DNA of 64,000 nucleotides, from contig OX597821.1 in NCBI GenBank assembly GCA_951406725.2, positions 72,788,001 through 72,852,000 on the forward strand, given 5' to 3'. A program made the translations under genes and the position numbers. The DNA is from Octopus vulgaris (lineage: Eukaryota). The number at the start of each line of letters is the position of its first letter. Position 1 is the first letter of the stretch. The notes beneath the pieces were generated by a model. It saw nothing but the letters and a program-made list of their open reading frames with translations, had not been told where the DNA came from and did no database searches. Shown piece after piece: positions 52,343 through 64,000 of the stretch.

Positions 52343-54847
52343 TCAGTTGTTGAAAATATTGATGGGTTTTGCCTCTAAATAGTTTTATAAAACACCTCAG
52401 TCTCTTTCTTCCTCTCTTTTCCCTCCCTACTTCTCTCTCTTTCCTACAATATTCCAATCCCATGACCATTTTACCGGAGCTGTGGCAGTCCAATGAGGAA
52501 TAATAGTGGCTCAGTGTGGAGCAGCTCCCTGATGTCTGAGCTATGCAACCCGCCGTGGACCGTTTCTCCAGAGATTCTTCAATGGCTCAACGTTTCGGCT
52601 GCTTATATTCGCGATCCTACTCATTCATGTCTATCGGTGAGAAAAGGCACCAAAACCGAAAATAACAAGTTTGGCTTTCTTCTTTTTTTTTTTACCAACT
52701 TCATCTCTTCTGAGGAACGAATGCTGGAGTTGGTACATAAAAGTGCCGGCACCTAGAATTCTGGCATCCAATTTGGCTTCTTCCATCATACGGTCGTTCA
52801 TCACTCGTTGAAACGACTCCCGAGATATTTAAACTTCTTTGCTTGTGTCTCAGTGACCTTCCACTTTTACATGCAGAATGCACTGGGAAGATTTTTTTGA
52901 GAGGACCAAAGCCTCATTCTTCGCAACACTAATTCTCATCCATGCTTTGTATTCGGCTGCGATTAATGAATTGCAATTAAAAATTAATTTATCCCCACGT
53001 GAGCTAAAAATTTCAAGGGAAATAATTTAACTGCAAAATGCAATAGTTATTTCCCTTACATCAATAATTTTTTTTCTTTTTTCTATTTCCCACTTGAGAG
53101 AGAGAGAGAGAGAGGAAGAGAGAGGGAGAGAGGGAGAGAGAGAGGGGGAGAGAGAGAGAGTGAAAAAAGAAACGGAACCGATTTTACTAAATTCATAAAT
53201 TTAAAAATTTTATTTTTACTTTAAGTTGTTTCGTTCATTGGGCAATGGCCACGCTGGGGCACCACCATAACGTATTTATCGACTCCATTATTTATTATTA
53301 GTAAAATTCTGGTACATATCTCTTTGGTCGCTTAGTCGAAGCGCTAAGTTACTAGGAACATAAATAAACCAATATCGGTTGCCAAACGGTGAAGTGATAA
53401 GCAATATATGTGTGTGTGTGTGTGTGTGTAATATCTATATGTGTTTCCGTGCAAATAAAAAGAAAATGCACTAAGCACTCAATGTTTATCGGTTTTGGAA
53501 TTGTTCGAACCTGTTCGTTGATAAATCAGGCTATTTCCTCGAACCTAAAGTTTCTATGTTGTTGATTAATGTAATCTGTGGAATTAGTGAAGATGGCGAA
53601 TTTGGAGGAAAGAAAGAAAGAAAGGGGAAAAGAAAAGGCAAAAAAAACCCCAGATTAAAATTGACCGACGAGTACAGTTGACTCACTGCACAAATCCTTT
53701 AAGTTTTGTGGAAAAATACTTCGATCTCCCAACTCACAGACTAACAGACTGACAGACACAAAGCAAACTAAAACGAATAAAAGTTGAAGTACAGGCCAAA
53801 TAGGATAAAATAAATGTGTTTGTTTTTGTTATAATAAAATCAATTTTACAGGAAACTGAAGGATTACATTCGGTAGAGTACAAATTTATTACTCTTTGAC
53901 AAGAACAGTATTGACAGTGAGTTCGAAGTTTTGGCCATCTAAGCCATCACCTGGATATTTTCCTGCTTTTTGAATTGGTGATTATATTTGTCGCACCAAG
54001 ATTGAAAATCAAAGAATAATGTTATGTCGAGGCTGGTGAAAGTGAATAGAAAAACCGGACAATGACGGAAAGAGCCGGAATGGGGAGAAACCAGTTAGAC
54101 TTTCTGTATCTGTAAAATATTCTGCTAAATGCGCTCAAAAGCTTGAAATTAACATTAAAAACAGAAATATTAAAGACAAGATGTTATAGTAATATTTATA
54201 GCAATAAATGTCTCTAAAAGGGACTCTTAAAGGATGTCTATAATTAAAATGAAATTAAGAACGATAGCATTTAGATAGTGTAATAATATATCTTTGCAGT
54301 AAAGAACTCACAGGAAAAATTGAATTGATGCAAAGAAGAATTACGAAGCAACAACTACACGGTATGAAAATCATGAGTCGAGAAAGGCTGGCGAAACCAA
54401 AAAGAAGAAAAACTCAAAATTCCTAAACTGAAAACTAAACCGATCGAAGTTGATAAAATGGAAATACATAAAATGGTAAATGGACACCACGAGGGGTCTT
54501 ATGTCATTGTTTTAAGCTCTGGAGGGAGACGAGAAATAAACGTAAGACATGGTGACACGATGAAAAGATGATAGCAAAGAACATCAAATAAATACAAGCG
54601 GAAGGAGTCGTTTAATTTAAGAACAGTAAAAAATACGGATGATTTGACTGACAGAGTTATAGAGTTTAAAAATTGGTTGGATAAAGTAGAAATAGAATAT
54701 GGAAGTAGAAATAAAATATGATTATTGCAAAGTGGAAACGAGTTGGTGAAGCAGACACGGAAAGAGATAGGGCCTGGTAAATAGAGAGCCATTGACGAAC
54801 AAGATCATGTTTTCATAAAGGAACGTGGAGCGGAAAATAAGTATAAA

Positions 54848-55221
54848 TCTCTATATATAAAGCTGAAGTTGTCTGTGTATAGCAGGTTTGGTAGCCTTCA
54901 ACTAACACTATCTCCTCCAAGACCTTGCGGCGCAAGTTGACCAAAATTGAGAGTATGATAGAAGAAGGCTTGCTCTTCCTTCCGTAGAAGAAAAAATTCA
55001 AATCGGACCATGTTAACACCAAAAATTATTTACATAAAAAAGGTGCTTTTTTTCTATGAATATCTCCATTTTTTACGATTTTTTGACTGCTGTGTCGCCA
55101 TTTTTCGGTGTATTTCAACCAGAAAAAGGTTCACTACATAATGCAAAATTTTTACTTTTCAAAAATTCCAATTCTAAGTGAGGTCGAAACAAACCCGAGC
55201 AACGCCGGGCGATACTGCTAG
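54848..55221 (+). mobile_element. non-autonomous Helitron (third copy)
   Basis: TC...hairpin...CTAG, near-identical to the 24239 copy. Confidence 0.85.
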
Positions 55222-55358
55222 TAATGAATATAGTGAGAAATAAATATCTCGGAAATATATCGAAAATATTAGTGTCAAAAACATGTAGTAAACGGGTTGG
55301 ACAAAAAGCAGAATATGATAATATATATGGTAAAATGAATTGGCATTCGAAAATAACT

Positions 55359-55443
<85 letters not shown>

Positions 55444-56656
55444 GAGTCTTAATGAAAATAAATACTATACAGCTTTTGCTGTAATAGTTTTTAAACGAAG
55501 ATTTTACGCATAACCACTTATTCTAACTTTACATCATGAGCCGAGTGAAGGTGGAATTTAAAATCTAAAGTCATTAAATTCAGTCTGGCACGGAATATTA
55601 TGATTTCGGTAAAGTGTTACAGAAGCGAAAGACGTGAATGTCGATGATTCCCTTGTGCAATTCCGGAAATATTACAAGACGATGAAAGTTTTCTGAAGAA
55701 AACGAACCAAGCGGTTAATTGTAGCCACAAGACTTTCAAGATGTCAAAGACAAGAATTGGAGATAATGAGGAAAAAACAAACCGTTTTTAACTTGATTGA
55801 CAGAATTCAAATAATACTCCAACTTGTATCGCTTAGCTTTAACCCCTTCGAAAATATGCAATTTATTTGTGGACAAATTTAATACACAAGATGGTTGTTA
55901 ATTGTCAGCTCCCTGAAATACTTGCGAAGAAGAATATAGAAGCATTTATAGATCTATCTGCTATATTTGTTATGTATCGATAGTTACAGTGAAGGCGCAT
56001 GGCTCAGCGCCGAGCTTACGACCGTGAGGTTGTCAGTTCGATTCCGGACGCGAAATCTTTCTTACACGAGAGTTCCGGACCCCAATCAGAGCTCACCTTG
56101 ACCTTGTTGTCAAGTTAACAAACACATTCTAGCAAGTAAACTCAAGACGAAAAACGATGTTGTAAGTCGACCGATCGCCATGTTACGCCTGATTTTAGAA
56201 AGAGACAAGTAATTAGATAGATTTGCATCTATACCTATTATCGGATTTTGTTAGGGCCCCTTATGGTAAAGATGTGGATGGGGAACATGTGGGTAGAGGG
56301 TGATGTGCTAGCAATCCTCTCTTCTTACTGTTTTACAAAGTAAACTACAACGCAAATAATTACGTGGAAGCAGCCATGGTTGAAACAAGAACAAGAACAA
56401 CAAGCATTCTTAAAAGAGAAAAGAAGTATGGTCATTCCTTACCCAAGTGACCTTATCTTATCGCCCATCACTTGTTATGCGCTCCTAAATTAGTTTGATA
56501 GTTGAGCTCTGATTAAAGAAGACGACCTCAGCATACAAGTACAGACACCACAAAACATCACAAGATACTCAACCTAAAAACAAAGCTATATGAAAGGGCC
56601 ACTCAAGAAAATATAGAAAATTTTTAAGGCCCATATAGGCTTTTAAAGACTACATT

Positions 56657-57619
56657 ATGAGAGGAAACAGATTTGTCATGATCGAAGTGAGATTCGACAG
56701 TGAAGAAAGAGCCAAGGACCTCTCCACAAAGTCCTTTCAATTTGAAAATTTACTGATGATCCCTACATACCTTGGTCGTAGGGTCACAAAAATAACAATA
56801 AAAAGTGTGCTCCCTGAAATAGAAATAAAATGGCTTGTGTCTGCCATTTGCTATGACATCGAGGACGAAATCCATATCTTGGAAATCGTTGTCCTAGATC
56901 AGCAAAACTGGATTGGCCAAGGAGTCGAAACCCTTGCTCAAATCGATCCAATGAATTTCGAAAGAATTCTACATCGAATCCAACTGACAGAGGATTCGAG
57001 TTTGCAAATGGCCGTCGAAGGCAGAAAGCCACGTAGCTGCGTTTGTGGTAGGAAAGCACACTTGAAAATTAATTGCCCACTAGCACTAAAACAACAACAG
57101 CAACAGCAGCAACAACTACAACAACAAGATCACGAAAAACAACAACAATCACAAGAAAACCAAAAGCCGAGCAAAAACCCAGCACTGCTACCCGCATCGC
57201 CATATGCACAACTAATTAAGCAGCTCTACAAGCAAATGAAAGAACATCAGCAAACCAACAAACCAACAAACCAACAAACCAACAAACCAACAAACCAACA
57301 AACCAACAAACCAAACAACACCACCTCCACCAGCGCCACCAAGAACAGAAGCAACACCATAATCACCACCACCAACAGCAACAACAACTTCAAAGGAGGA
57401 AGAGAAAAACAAAAAGACTCATACCCCACTCCCAAAACCCAAATACCACATCCCAACTGTCACCAAACAGCACCAACACCACCAACAACAAAGTCAACAC
57501 ACTCAGAAATAGATCCCAATACCCTTCCCCTCCCACCCTCTGATTCCTCAGATGAAGACGACACAGAGGATTGGCAAGTGGCCACAGGAGGGAGGAGAAA
57601 AAGTGGGGAAAAAGAATAG
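56657..57619 (+). CDS. Tx1/L1-clade LINE ORF1 remnant (degenerate CCHC knuckle, low-complexity tail)
   Basis: 320-aa ORF with VEGRKPRSCVCGRKAHLKINCP, upstream of an APE start. Confidence 0.65.
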   Translation: MRGNRFVMIEVRFDSEERAKDLSTKSFQFENLLMIPTYLGRRVTKITIKSVLPEIEIKWLVSAICYDIEDEIHILEIVVLDQQNWIGQGVETLAQIDPMNFERILHRIQLTEDSSLQMAVEGRKPRSCVCGRKAHLKINCPLALKQQQQQQQQLQQQDHEKQQQSQENQKPSKNPALLPASPYAQLIKQLYKQMKEHQQTNKPTNQQTNKPTNQQTNKPNNTTSTSATKNRSNTIITTTNSNNNFKGGREKQKDSYPTPKTQIPHPNCHQTAPTPPTTKSTHSEIDPNTLPLPPSDSSDEDDTEDWQVATGGRRKSGEKE

Positions 57620-58068
57620 GGAAGCAGACAAACAAAGCAGGGAGGTTTACCTCTCTGGAAACCAAAACACCCTCAGAAAACAAAAGCATCAACATAAACA
57701 CACTAACACCAAACACCCCAACAATGTTGACAGCCATAAACACCAGCAATCCAGACCTAATGGAATACATTGGGTCAAACACCGACATAACCGAAAACGA
57801 TACCAAAACAAAGAATCACCCACGCACGACACCACCACAACACATTAAAATCATACACATAACACACAACACATACAGCACACTGAAATCTCCCTACTCG
57901 GATGCAGTAGGAAGATTTCAAAAAAATACCTCTCTAAAAAACTGTGCAAAAACCTTCTGGGAGAAGACCGTGAGGTGAAGGACAAAGAACTTTCGGACAG
58001 TAAGTGACTCTCTCTCTCTTTCTCCTTCGTCTTCCTTTCGTGTGTAAAACACAACTTTCGATAGGAAC

Positions 58069-58542
58069 ATGCTCAAAACAGACAGAATAAATGTACGTGG
58101 CTTGGGGTCGCCTTGGAAACAAGGCTACTTGTTAAACAACATCAAGTCACAAAATCTGCATATCATAGCCATCAGTGATACCAGACTCCACAGCCCTTCG
58201 GCCCCTCCAGCACATGTTCGGCAGACATTTCGACATTTATTTTTCTCCGTGTCTGCCGAGAATGGACGGAGGTGGCACCGCGGTGCTTCTCCGGAAGAGT
58301 CCGTGGTCTTTTCTGTATGCTTTCTTTCAACGGATGAACCTAATCTTGTTTGTTACTTTGAAAAGAAATTTTTCTTTCTGTGATACACGATCCCTTTTGA
58401 TCGCTTTTTTTCTCGATCCCTTTTGATCGGAATTTTACATTTGTTTCCTTTTTTTCTGTTGCCTTTTCCATCTTCGAAAAGAAAAGCTCTACATTTGTAT
58501 TTGTCCCCTCTGTGTCCAGCCCTGTGTGGCCAAGAAAGAAAG
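58069..58542 (+). pseudogene. Tx1 ORF2 APE N-terminus fused directly to the 3' UTR
   Basis: INVRGL...IIAISDTRL and GGTAVLLRK, then sequence homologous to the 42700-42898 3' UTR (tgatacacgatccc...ttgtcccctctgt..cagccctgtgtgg). Confidence 0.8.
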
Positions 58543-58729
58543 TTATCTATCTATCTGCCTGTCTGTCTCTCTGCCTATCTATATGTATGCATATACATAA
58601 ATGCACAACTTACTGCTAATAAAAACGAGGTTGCGTTGCGTTCAGTTATTTAATAAGTAAAAAAAATGTATTGTAAATGTACAAGCGAAAAGTAAAAAAA
58701 ACCATTTAATGAATGCGCGTGCGCTCACA

Positions 58730-59168
58730 TACACATGTATGTAAGTATGTAGTATGTATGTATGTATGTATGTATGCATGTATGCATGTATGTATGTATG
58801 TATGTATGCATGCATGTATGTATGTATGTATGTATGTATGTATGTATGTATGTATGCATGTATGTATGTATGTAGGTATGTATGTATGTATGTATGTAGG
58901 TATGTATGTATGTATGCATGTATGCATGTATGTATGTATGTATGTATGTATGTATGTATGTATGTATGCATGTATGTATGTATGTATGTATGTATGTATG
59001 TATGCATGTACGTATGTATGCATGTATGTATGTATGCATGTATGTATGTATGTATGTATGCATGTATGTATGTATGTATGTATGTATGTATGTATGCATG
59101 CATGCATGCATGCATGTATGTATGTATGTATGTATGTATGTATGTATGTATGTATGTATGTATGTATG
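58730..59168. repeat. (TATG)n/(CATG) microsatellite
   Basis: Direct inspection. Confidence 0.95.
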
Positions 59169-61063
59169 ATGAAGGTGAATAGATAATCAGAGTTCAGTAC
59201 GTGCCGCAAATATTTCAGTATGGCAACACATTTGTTCTTAGAAGATAAAAATTAATTGCAGTTGATTTTTATTTTCCGATGGTTTCAAAATGCTTAACGA
59301 AACGGGTGGCAATTTTTGAATAAATGAATAATAATGATATGAATACATTGCGAGCGGATAAATTGCCGTGCTATTAAAACAGTTGTCGCATCCGTTGAAC
59401 CCGTCATTATCTATTCATCTTCATTTATTTATGTCTCTTTCCAGCATCAAATGTGCAGCTAATATTGTTACAAGGACTGGAGCTGCAGAATACCTGACAT
59501 CGTTAAACAAGTTGCGATTACGTTAATTAATTACGTGACTCGATGATGAAATAGAAATATTTATCATTTTGCTGCAGTGTGCAGCGCTAGCCAAATACAT
59601 GCAGGAGTGTACGGAGCTAATAAGCACGATCATTAAGATCCCAAACCTATCGTGTGTATGTGCGTGTGTGTGCGTGTGCGTTCGTGTGTTTAGGCATCTT
59701 ACATAAGTTTTACATGCTCTGTCCATCTTTGTTGATATTTTGGAGTCTTGTGGATATTGTTCTTACTAGTATATTGTTATTTGTGACATAAATGCAAATT
59801 TACACACACACACATACATGGAACGTGTAACGAGGCATATAACGCGCGTACAAGAAGACTCTACGCCTCATAGCTGTTTGCATTCAAGAAATCAGTGGAC
59901 TACAACGTGTCGTCTGTTTCGCTACTCATACCAAGAGTTATGCTACTTGATTGGAGGTAAGATGAAATCAGGAGTATAACTGTTAAAACCTGATAACTAT
60001 TACGAGAAATTTCCACATCAGGAGTGATATTAACGACCTCTGTCTTAAAGTAAAACAAGGAGACCGTGACATACCATTGGTTCAAACAGGCTTTGTATGT
60101 TATATCATATTTCTTCGACATCTATTAACGATCAGGCATCGAAGTACGTCCATAGATCAAGTCTGTACACATGAAAAAAAAAAAGCAAGAACTTACATAG
60201 CAATAGTAACGTAAATTTATGTTGCCCTTGGGTATATTTATTCATATGAATTAACCCATAACAATATATTAAATCTTCTCCGAAATAACATCTATCAAAA
60301 TGAATAGCTTAGACCCTGGATCATATTTTAACGATTCTCCTCCCCCATTTTTATTTTACTCAATATTTAGGTTTTAAACACTTCTTTACTAAAAATTTCG
60401 CTCCATAATTTTCTGTTGTGATCTGCAATTTTCAGAACAAAAATAATGTAGTTTATCCTTTCCCGAGAATATATTCCATCTCATTGACTTCTTTGAACGG
60501 TTGGTAACTTAACTCCTTTAAAAAATATATTTTATTGAATGTAATTTTATTCAATGATCGTAAGTCAGAAATTCTTCGATAAACTTAATAGACGATGTTT
60601 CGTAGTACTTTCGGTCTTGAATTGTAAATTGGTTTGCACTTAATTACTCCACACAATGAAATACGAATTTATTTTGAGGGGATGCAAATACTGCGCTTGT
60701 TCCCTTCCTATGGACTTTGAATCAATAACATCTGATAAGAAAACAGCTCCAAAGACTATAAAATAGACACAAGGTAATAAATTAAGGAAAGAAGTCTCGT
60801 ATGTAGAATTTATATAAGCTCTTTCAGAAGCTCTGACTGTATATATTCCAAGAAATAATCTAAGAAATGCGACTAAAGATTTGAAAAGAATAGTTCAGGA
60901 ATCAACTAATTGTTCCGTGAATTTGGCAAATTAATCGATCAACTAACGGATCGATTAAGAATACAAAGCACAAAGTGCAATGGATTCAATTTCCTGACCA
61001 TTTGAAACATGTGTAAGCGAAATAAATATCATTGAAAATGTTTGTTCATTCTTTGTTCATTCA

Positions 61064-61143
<80 letters not shown>

Positions 61144-62142
61144 AATTTATAAGATCCAAGGAACTAAGTGTTGGAAGTTTGTATACATTATAGGAATATA
61201 TGATACAATGATATCAAACCAATGTAAAACATGCTATCTTAAACATGGCGTGTACGCACTATTTGTGTATATATCTATAATACATTCAAAGTCAGTTTGA
61301 ATCTTGCTTGCAAAGTTACGCAGTCAAACTAGCACAAAACGGGAAAATACTATGGATTAAGTCACCCCTGAAATGTAAATACGAACGGAATGAAACAAAT
61401 TTCGCGTAAATCGGGTAAGTAGTTGTGGAGATATTACGGGTTTTCGGGGTATAAATACCACAACGGTGCATAGTGGGAAAATTCTCCGAAATTACATTAA
61501 TCGTGAGAGGGAAGTAACTCTTACCTTTCGATTAGACATACTGACATGACAACGAAAAAATACGTTTTGTTTTTTTACAGTAATTGTTTCTACTTTCGCT
61601 TTTGCTAAACTCAATATTTGAATCATTTAGAAATATTTTTAAGTGAATGTGATTTCAAAAATGCAAGTTGTTTATACAATAAGCATTTATATTTTAGCTT
61701 TCTATAAACAGACAATATTTTACTGTTTTTTAAAATTATTTTCAAGTGAATGCACTTCCAAAATTATTTTTTGGTATATTAAAAAATATTTTAAAGTGAA
61801 AATGACTTTAAAAATACGGTAAATATTTCGTAAAAGACCCGTTCGTAACCTCGGTGTAAAATAATTTTTATCTATAGGTCTTTTTTTCGAGTGCATTCAA
61901 CGTATCTCACCTCCAAAGATTTGGCTGCTATTTTTAGCACGCCCTGCTACCAAGTTACAGCTATTTGCTACAAAGGACCCGAAACACCTGTTACGTGGTA
62001 GCAAGGCGTGCAAGAAATAGCAGATGAATCTTTCCTTTTCTGGGGAGAAGAACCGTTTACGCGTGATTTTGACATATTCGTTGAAAGCCTGTGATGAAAT
62101 TTTGACGAATTTCCAACATTTTCTCAGTATTTTCCCTTTATA

Positions 62143-62210
<68 letters not shown>

Positions 62211-62211
62211 T

Positions 62212-62272
<61 letters not shown>

Positions 62273-62382
62273 CATACATATACATACATACTTATATATT
62301 TGGCTGCCTTCTCAAGCATGTAAGACGTCCTCTCAAGTGTCGCCTCTCTTTGTATAAATATTATACACTTTTACATATGAAA

Positions 62383-62474
<92 letters not shown>

Positions 62475-62483
62475 CTATATATG

Positions 62484-62545
<62 letters not shown>

Positions 62546-62982
62546 CACGCAGCTGCATATATATTCCTATATAGGTAGACAGAGGCAGACGAAGAGAAGC
62601 GATGGGGTTAATTAGCAGTAATCCACAAGAATGGTCTTAGTCTTCCTAATTTCTTGTTTCTGGTGATAAAAGGAGTCAGTTAATCTGGTGTCGAAGCAAT
62701 AAAACCGAATAACCATTGGGAAGAACAATTACAGAAGATGTGATCATCATTACACGGTCAAATGATCACACACACACACACATATAGATTGGCACACACA
62801 TACATGCATACACATACATTGACCCGCATACACACACAGACTTTAATCCATTTGTCATTCACCCCTCTGTCTTCCCGTCCCCCTTTCACACATTTACTTA
62901 ATTATATACTCCAGTAGCCTAAATACTTTTATGCCAATAAAAACATTAACGCACGCACACACTCACATACACAGAGGAAGGG

Positions 62983-63017
<35 letters not shown>

Positions 63018-63454
63018 TGACAGAACTTGTATGAAAAGCTATGGAAGGTGTTGTCCAATTAACGCAGCAAGAACAGAGGCTATGTTTAAGCAAATTTGAT
63101 GCTATATTACTTCGTGAACAGAATTATGGAATTGGTTCCGTTTATTTCACTAACTTTACCCATCAACTCGAATGATATCCTCCAGAATATTAAGTCATTC
63201 TTCGCAGGAACACTATTTCAGATTTATAATCAGCCATTGTGACAAAAAAATACCATTCTTCCCCATCAAAACAACGAAATAACGAAAGTTTGGTAAAAAA
63301 AATATAGAAAGAAAATAATTACAGGAATGGTTATAGACAGGTAATTGCGGTTAATAGGAAGAAGATAACATAATACGCGCGCACGTGTGTATGTGTCTAT
63401 TCATAAATAATATTTATACATGTATATATACGTATATATGTGTGTTTGTATATA

Positions 63455-63511
<57 letters not shown>

Positions 63512-64000
63512 GTTTATAGATGTCTGTATGTATGCTTCAATGTGTGTACGTGTTAATATATAATAAATACATACACACACATATATATTCACCTAGTCAT
63601 ACACAAATACATACATATTTACACATACAAACACATGCACACACACACACGTACGTAATCGTATTATCTATGTACATATGTGTGTGTATATATGTGTTTG
63701 TGTGTGTGTATGTGTGTATATATATATATACACATACATATGCACACACATTTATATATACATATATATATATATACACGTATGTATATATTCATACGTA
63801 CACACACACACACATATACATACACACACACATTTACATGGCCATATGGCTTAGTAGCAATATTTTGTTTGGAGAGATTATACAAAAGACAATTGTTTAA
63901 AACCCCCCACCCCCAGTATATTTAATTCAGTTTCGCTTAGAAACGAATTGTGGCTTTAGGTGACTTAGGAATCTGCTGGGAGTGGATGAATGTCTTGTAG

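Overview
AT-rich eukaryotic DNA saturated with microsatellites and transposon debris. The SINE families and repeat landscape look like a cephalopod (Octopus-type) intergenic or giant-intron region; this is inference. I could not support any host protein-coding exon, and most listed ORFs are translations of (TA)n, (CA)n and (TATG)n. Recognisable content: three tRNA-derived SINE families; fragments of CR1, Hero (RLE), RTE and Tx1/L1 LINEs; mariner and POGK/Passer-type pogo transposase relics; non-autonomous Helitrons; and Merlin-like and hAT-like MITEs, often nested. The main unexplained signal is about a dozen type I hammerhead-ribozyme motifs in small non-coding elements with Penelope-like architecture. 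They have palindromic stem III and a covarying 3-8 core pair (C-G, G-C, U-A). Some are arranged as back-to-back inverted pairs, one pair has microsatellites inside stem II, and one family is a ~350-bp element with 106-bp inverted arms enclosing a canonical CUGAUGA/GAAA hammerhead. All structures were folded by eye.
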